Assembly: GCA_035557575.1 (NCBI GenBank)
Contig: DATMDS010000231.1
Coordinates: forward strand, 209 to 64,208
DNA length: 64,000 nucleotides
Origin: Pseudonocardia sp.
Lineage (GTDB): Bacteria > Actinomycetota > Actinomycetes > Mycobacteriales > Pseudonocardiaceae
Direction of reading: 5' to 3'
Shown here: positions 58,845 through 64,000 of the stretch, piece after piece
How the letters are laid out: every line of letters starts with the position of its first letter
How positions within the stretch are numbered: the first letter of the stretch is position 1
The notes under the pieces: generated by a model
Databases searched by the model: none
The model's input: only the letters and a program-made list of their open reading frames with translations
Told to the model about the DNA's origin: nothing
Program-made: the position numbers and the translations under genes

Positions 58845-60461
58845 GTGTCGCCCGCCAGTTCCGTGACCGCCGCGGCCGCACCGGCCGTCTTTCCCCGACC
58901 GGCCGTGACCCGGCCGACCGGTCTGGGGGCGTTGGCCGCGGTCGCCGGGCTGACCGCCCCTCCCGAGCCGGCCGGCGGGGCCGCCACACCGATCACCGGC
59001 ATCGCCCTGCGTGCCTCCGACGTGCGGCCCGGTGACCTGTTCGCGGCGCTGCCCGGCGCCCGGGTGCACGGCGCCGACTTCGCGGCCGACGCGCTGGCGG
59101 CCGGCGCGGTCGCGCTGCTCACCGACCCGGACGGCGCCTCCCGTGTCGCCGCGTTGCGCACCGACGCCGAGACACCGGTGCCGCTGCTGGTGCACCCGCG
59201 CCCGCGCGACGTCGTGGGCCCGCTCGCGGCCGCCGTCTACGGCGATCCGACGGCCCGGCTCGCCGTGCTCGGCGTCACCGGCACCAGCGGAAAGACCACC
59301 GTCGCGCACCTGCTGGAGGCCGGCCTGGTGGCCGCCGGGCGCAGCAGCGGCCTGCTCGGCACGGTCGGCATCCGGATCGACGGCCCCGACCCGGCCCGCC
59401 GGAGCCGGCTGCCCAGCGCGTTCACCACGCCGGAGGCACCCGACCTGCAGGCGCTGTTCGCGGTGATGGCCGAGGCCGGCGTCACCGATGTGGCGATGGA
59501 AGTCTCCAGCCACGCGCTGGCGCTGGGCCGGGTGGCCGGCACCCGGTTCGCCGTCGCCGCGTTCACCAACCTCTCGCAGGACCACCTGGACTTCCACGCC
59601 GACATGGAGGACTACTTCGCGGCCAAAGCGGCGCTCTTCGACGGGCGCGCCGAGCGGGCGGTGATCTGTGTCGACGACTCATGGGGGCAGCGGCTCGCGG
59701 CGGCCACCCCCGGCGCGGTGACCGTCGCCACCACCGGTCCGGCGAGCTGGCGGATCGGCGACCTCGGTGTGGCCGCCGACGGCAGCCAGACGTTCACCGC
59801 GCACGGCCCGGACGGGCAGGCGGTGCCGGTGGTGCTGCGGCTGCCGGGCGCCTTCAACGTGGCCAACGCCCTGCTCGCGCTGGCCACCCTGGACGCGGTC
59901 GGGGTGCCGGCCGAGCTGGCCGCGCCGGCGTTCGGACAGCTCACGGTGCCCGGACGGATGCAGCGGATCGAGGACGGGCAGCCGTTCCTCGCGGTGGTCG
60001 ACTACGCGCACAAGCCGGCCGCGGTGGCCGCGCTGCTGGACACGCTGCGGGCGCAGGTGCCCGGGCGGCTGCTCGTCGTGCTCGGCTGCGGCGGCGACCG
60101 GGACCGGGGCAAGCGGCCGCTGATGGGCGCGGCCGCCGCCGCCCGGGCCGAGCTGCTGGTGGTCACCGACGACAACCCGCGCGGTGAGGACCCGGCGCAG
60201 GTCCGGGCCGCGATGCTGGCCGGCGCCCGCGCGCAGGCCGGCCACGGCGAGGTGCTCGAGGTCGGCGACCGGCGGGAGGCGATCGCGGTGGCGGTGGCCG
60301 CCGCGCGCGCCGGTGACGCGGTGGTGGTGGCCGGCAAGGGCCACGAGACCGGCCAGCGCGTCGGGGACGTCACCCTCCCGTTCGACGACGCCACCGAGCT
60401 GGCGGCGGCGCTGCGAAATCTCGAAGCGGGCCATCTCGAAGCGGGCGGCGCCCGAGGGTGA
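58845..60461 (+). CDS. murE: UDP-MurNAc-tripeptide synthetase (mDAP-adding)
   Basis: [34 protein letters not shown] (mDAP specificity), GKGHE. Confidence 0.95.
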   Translation: MSPASSVTAAAAPAVFPRPAVTRPTGLGALAAVAGLTAPPEPAGGAATPITGIALRASDVRPGDLFAALPGARVHGADFAADALAAGAVALLTDPDGASRVAALRTDAETPVPLLVHPRPRDVVGPLAAAVYGDPTARLAVLGVTGTSGKTTVAHLLEAGLVAAGRSSGLLGTVGIRIDGPDPARRSRLPSAFTTPEAPDLQALFAVMAEAGVTDVAMEVSSHALALGRVAGTRFAVAAFTNLSQDHLDFHADMEDYFAAKAALFDGRAERAVICVDDSWGQRLAAATPGAVTVATTGPASWRIGDLGVAADGSQTFTAHGPDGQAVPVVLRLPGAFNVANALLALATLDAVGVPAELAAPAFGQLTVPGRMQRIEDGQPFLAVVDYAHKPAAVAALLDTLRAQVPGRLLVVLGCGGDRDRGKRPLMGAAAAARAELLVVTDDNPRGEDPAQVRAAMLAGARAQAGHGEVLEVGDRREAIAVAVAAARAGDAVVVAGKGHETGQRVGDVTLPFDDATELAAALRNLEAGHLEAGGARG

Positions 60462-60465
60462 CGGC

Positions 60466-61908
60466 ATGATCGAGATGCGGCTGGCCGAGGTCGCCGCCGT
60501 CACCGGAGGGCACCTGCACCGGGCGTCGGGCGCGGAGCGGGTCAGCGCCGTGGAGTTCGACTCGCGGGCCGTCGGACCGGGCGGGCTGTTCCTGGCCCTG
60601 CCGGGCGAGCGCGCCGACGGGCACGCCTTTGCCGCCGCCGCGGTCGCCGCGGGCGCGGCCGGGGTGCTGGCCGCGCGTCCGGTGGACGCCCCGGCGGTGA
60701 TCGTCCCGCCGGCGCCGCGGGCCGCCGGCACCGCGCTCGACGAGCACGATCCGGACGGCGCCGGGGCGGCCGTGCTGGCCGCGCTGGCCCGGCTGGCCCG
60801 GCACGTGGTGGAGGCGTTGCCCGCGCTCGCCGTGGTCGGGGTGACCGGCAGCTCCGGCAAGACCTCCACGAAGGACCTGCTGGCGGCGGTGCTGGCGCCG
60901 CTGGGGCCCACGGTGGCGCCGCCCGGGTCGTTCAACAACGAGCTCGGCCTGCCGTGGACCGCGCTGCGCGCCGGTCCCGACACCCGGCACCTGGTGCTGG
61001 AGTTCTCCGCCCGCGGTCGCGGGCACATCGCCGCGCTGGCCGCCGCGGTACCGCCGCGGATCGGGGTGGTGCTCAACGTGGGCTCGGCGCACCTGGGCGA
61101 GTTCGGCTCCACCGCCGCCATCGCCGGGGCCAAGGGCGAACTGGTCGAGGCCCTGCCCGCGGGTGGGCTGGCGGTGCTCAACGCGGACGACCCGCTGGTG
61201 GCCGCGATGGCCGACCGCACCGCGGCCCGGGTGCAGCTGGTCGGGCGTGGTGCGGGAGCCGGGATCAGCGCGCAGGACGTCCGGCTGGACCGCGGTCGGG
61301 CCCGGTTCCGGCTGGTCAGCCCGACCGGCAGCGCGTCGGTGGCGCTGCGGTTGGTCGGCGGGCACCACGTCGGGAACGCGCTGGCCGCGGCCGCGGTGGC
61401 CCTGGAGCTCGGCGGCACCCCGGAGTCGGTGGCCGCCGCGCTCGGGTCGGCGACGCCGGCGTCGCGCTGGCGGATGGAGGTCACCGAGCGGCCCGACGGG
61501 GTCACCGTGATCAACGACGCGTACAACGCCAACCCGGACTCGATGCGGGCCGCGCTGGCCGCGCTGGCCGCGGTCGGCGCCGGCCGCCGGACCTGGGCGG
61601 TGCTGGGCCGGATGGGCGAGCTGGGTCCCGAGGCCGGGGCGGCGCACGCCGGCGTCGCCGCGGAGGCGCGCCGGGCCGGCGTCGCCGAGCTGGTCACGGT
61701 GGACGCCCCGGACTACGGCGCGGGCCGGGCGGTCGCCGACGTCGACGAGGCGGCCGGGCTGCTGGCCGCCGAGCTCGCCCCCGGTGACGTGGTGCTGGTC
61801 AAGGCCTCCCGCGCCGCCGGCCTGGAACGGCTGGCGGCCACCCTGCTCGTGAGTGGTGAGCCGTGCTCTAGCACGGCTCACCACTCACAAGCCCGGAGGG
61901 CCACATGA
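60466..61908 (+). CDS. murF: UDP-MurNAc-tripeptide--D-Ala-D-Ala ligase
   Basis: [44 protein letters not shown]. Confidence 0.95.
   Translation: MIEMRLAEVAAVTGGHLHRASGAERVSAVEFDSRAVGPGGLFLALPGERADGHAFAAAAVAAGAAGVLAARPVDAPAVIVPPAPRAAGTALDEHDPDGAGAAVLAALARLARHVVEALPALAVVGVTGSSGKTSTKDLLAAVLAPLGPTVAPPGSFNNELGLPWTALRAGPDTRHLVLEFSARGRGHIAALAAAVPPRIGVVLNVGSAHLGEFGSTAAIAGAKGELVEALPAGGLAVLNADDPLVAAMADRTAARVQLVGRGAGAGISAQDVRLDRGRARFRLVSPTGSASVALRLVGGHHVGNALAAAAVALELGGTPESVAAALGSATPASRWRMEVTERPDGVTVINDAYNANPDSMRAALAALAAVGAGRRTWAVLGRMGELGPEAGAAHAGVAAEARRAGVAELVTVDAPDYGAGRAVADVDEAAGLLAAELAPGDVVLVKASRAAGLERLAATLLVSGEPCSSTAHHSQARRAT
61849..61888. repeat. REP-like perfect palindrome inside the murF 3' end
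   Basis: GTGAGTGGTGAGCCGTGCT-ct-AGCACGGCTCACCACTCAC, 19-bp arms. Confidence 0.8.
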
Positions 61909-62975
61909 GGGCCGTCTTCATCGCCGCCGGCGTCGCGCTCGCGGTCTCCATCCTCCTCACCCCGTACCTGATCCGGATCTTCATCCGGCAGGGTTTCGGG
62001 CAGGAGATCCGGGCCGAGGGCCCGCAGAGCCACCTGGCCAAGCGCGGCACCCCGACCATGGGCGGGGTCGCGATCCTGCTGGCGATCTGGCTCGGCTACC
62101 TGGTCGCGCACCTGATCACCGGCGAGCCGTTCACCGCGTCGGCGATGCTGGTGCTGTTCATGACCACCGCGCTCGGCCTGGTCGGCTTCCTGGACGACCT
62201 GATCAAGATTCGCCGGCAGCGCAACCTCGGCCTGAGCAAGACCTCCAAGCTGGTCGGGCAGCTGCTCACCGCGCTGATCTTCGGCGTGCTGGCGGTGCGC
62301 ATCCCGAACGCCGACGGGCTCAGCCCGGCCTCGGACAGCCTCTCGTTCGTCCGCGACATCGCGGTGCTCTCGTTCGGCTCCATCGGGTTCGTGCTCTTCG
62401 GCTACCTGGTCATCGCCGCCTGGTCGAACGCGGTCAACCTGACCGACGGCCTCGACGGGCTGGCCGCCGGCACCGCGGCGATGGTGCTGGCCACGTACAC
62501 GATCATCGGGTTCTGGCAGTTCCGGAACAACTGTGCGATGAACGCGGTGGCCGGGTGCTACCAGGTCCGGGACCCGCTGGACGTGGCGCTGGTGGCGGCC
62601 GCGGCGATGGGCGGCTGCATCGGGTTCCTGTGGTGGAACGCCGCCCCGGCCCGGATCTTCATGGGCGACACCGGCTCGCTGGCCCTGGGCGGGCTGGTCG
62701 CCGGGCTGTCCATCGTGACCCGCACCGAGCTGCTGCTGGTGGTGATCGGCGGCGTGTTCGTGGTCGAGGCGCTGTCGGTCGCGGTGCAGATCATCGTGTT
62801 CCGCACCACCCGGCGCCGGGTGTTCCGGATGGCCCCGTTCCACCACCACTTCGAGCTGGCCGGGTGGGCCGAGACCAGCGTGATCATCCGGTTCTGGCTG
62901 CTCGCGGCGATGTGCGCGGCGCTGGGGTTGGGCCTGTTCTACAACGAGTGGCTGCAGGCGTCCTCAGGCCTGTGA
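61905..62975 (+). CDS. mraY: Phospho-N-acetylmuramoyl-pentapeptide transferase
   Basis: [45 protein letters not shown]. Confidence 0.97.
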   Translation: MRAVFIAAGVALAVSILLTPYLIRIFIRQGFGQEIRAEGPQSHLAKRGTPTMGGVAILLAIWLGYLVAHLITGEPFTASAMLVLFMTTALGLVGFLDDLIKIRRQRNLGLSKTSKLVGQLLTALIFGVLAVRIPNADGLSPASDSLSFVRDIAVLSFGSIGFVLFGYLVIAAWSNAVNLTDGLDGLAAGTAAMVLATYTIIGFWQFRNNCAMNAVAGCYQVRDPLDVALVAAAAMGGCIGFLWWNAAPARIFMGDTGSLALGGLVAGLSIVTRTELLLVVIGGVFVVEALSVAVQIIVFRTTRRRVFRMAPFHHHFELAGWAETSVIIRFWLLAAMCAALGLGLFYNEWLQASSGL

Positions 62976-62989
62976 CGAGGGACGGGGAG

Positions 62990-64000
62990 ATGACGCGCAG
63001 CGACGTGGTCGGGATCGACCCGGCGACGTTGTCCGGGGCCCGGGTGCTGGTCGCGGGGGCCGGGATCTCCGGGCTCGCCGCGGCGGCGGCACTGCTGGAC
63101 CTCGGGGCCCGGGTGACGGTCACCGACGCCGCCCCCGAGCGGCTGACCGACCTGCCGGCCGGGGCCGAGCCGGGCGCCGACCCGGACGCGGTGCCCGCCG
63201 GAACCCGGCTGGTCGTCACCGGTCCGGGCCGGCGCCCGGACCACCCGCTGGTGGCCGTGGCGGCCGCGGCCGGGATCCCGATGGTCGGCGAGCCGGAGCT
63301 GGCCTGGTGGCTGGGCCGGCACCGGACCGACCCGCCGGCGTGGCTGGTGGTGACCGGGACCAACGGCAAGACCACCACCACCGGCATGCTCGCGGCGATG
63401 CTGCGCGCCGCCGGGGCGGACGCCGTGGCCTGCGGCAACATCGGCTACCCGGTGGTCGAGGCGGTGCAGGCCGGGCACCCGGTGCTGGCCGTGGAGCTGT
63501 CCAGCTTCCAGCTGCACTGGTCGCCGTCGATCCGCCCGGCTGCGGGCTGCGTGCTCAACGTGGCCGAGGACCACCTGGACTGGCACGGCTCGATGACGGC
63601 CTACGCCGAGGCCAAGGCGCTGGCGCTGCGCGGCCCGATCGCCGTGGCCGGGGTGGACGACCCGGCGGCCGCCGCGCTCCTGCGACGGGTGCCGGCCGGT
63701 ACCCGCCGGGTCGGGGTGACCCTCGGCGAGCCCGCCCCCGACCAGCTCGGGATCGTCGCCGACTCCCTGGTGGACCGGGCGTTCGGGGGCGGCGTGCTGA
63801 TCGAAGCCGATGCCGTGCACCCGCCGGGTCCGCCCGGCCGCACCGACGCGCTGGCCGCGGCCGCGCTGGCCAGGGCGTTCGACGTCTCCCCGGCCGGGAT
63901 CCGGGCCGGGCTGCTGGACTTCCGGCCCGGCCCGCACCGGTCCGCCGACGTCGGCACCGTCGGCGGCGTGCGCTTCGTCGACGACTCCAAGGCCACCAAC
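62990..64000 (+). CDS. murD: UDP-MurNAc-L-Ala--D-Glu ligase, 3' truncated by window edge
   Basis: Manual translation: VLVAGAGISG, VTGTNGKTTT, CGNIG, VELSSFQL, LNVAEDHLDWHG, DDSKATN. Confidence 0.93.
   Translation, partial: MTRSDVVGIDPATLSGARVLVAGAGISGLAAAAALLDLGARVTVTDAAPERLTDLPAGAEPGADPDAVPAGTRLVVTGPGRRPDHPLVAVAAAAGIPMVGEPELAWWLGRHRTDPPAWLVVTGTNGKTTTTGMLAAMLRAAGADAVACGNIGYPVVEAVQAGHPVLAVELSSFQLHWSPSIRPAAGCVLNVAEDHLDWHGSMTAYAEAKALALRGPIAVAGVDDPAAAALLRRVPAGTRRVGVTLGEPAPDQLGIVADSLVDRAFGGGVLIEADAVHPPGPPGRTDALAAAALARAFDVSPAGIRAGLLDFRPGPHRSADVGTVGGVRFVDDSKATN

Noticed and set aside
60418-60446. 14-bp direct repeat ATCTCGAAGCGGGC at the murE 3' end, as a possible target-site duplication
   Set aside because: Adjacent in-frame tandem duplication with no intervening element.

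Overview
Very high-GC actinobacterial chromosome segment. Gene content and order suggest Pseudonocardiaceae, probably Pseudonocardia-like (inference). Most of the window is the conserved actinobacterial backbone: qcrCAB-ctaE, trpD, the Rv2191/NYN/NlpC-P60/pimB/fadD/ArsA/glucokinase/plsC/RNase AS block, class II DAHP synthase, pknL, crtE-crtI-mptA-crtB, metF, moxR-DUF58-transglutaminase, then the dcw cluster from mraZ to a partial murD. Two stretches look accessory: 1-9300 and 31220-35400. I saw no rRNA, tRNA, CRISPR array or transposase. The most notable items are: (i) an orphan SLOG-patatin sensor-effector fusion inserted next to pknL, a candidate nucleotide-activated defence phospholipase; (ii) a leaderless Leu-rich leader peptide with attenuator-like RNA in front of a stand-alone ACT-like gene; (iii) a LexA-box-controlled DUF6504 + SAV_6107-HEPN pair; (iv) two perfect PafBC (RecA-NDp) promoters, one in front of a tiny Cys4 protein; (v) MIRU-like 78-nt mini-ORF repeats and a REP-like palindrome inside operons; (vi) an internally deleted NlpC/P60 gene. 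All family assignments are by eye from motifs; no searches were run.
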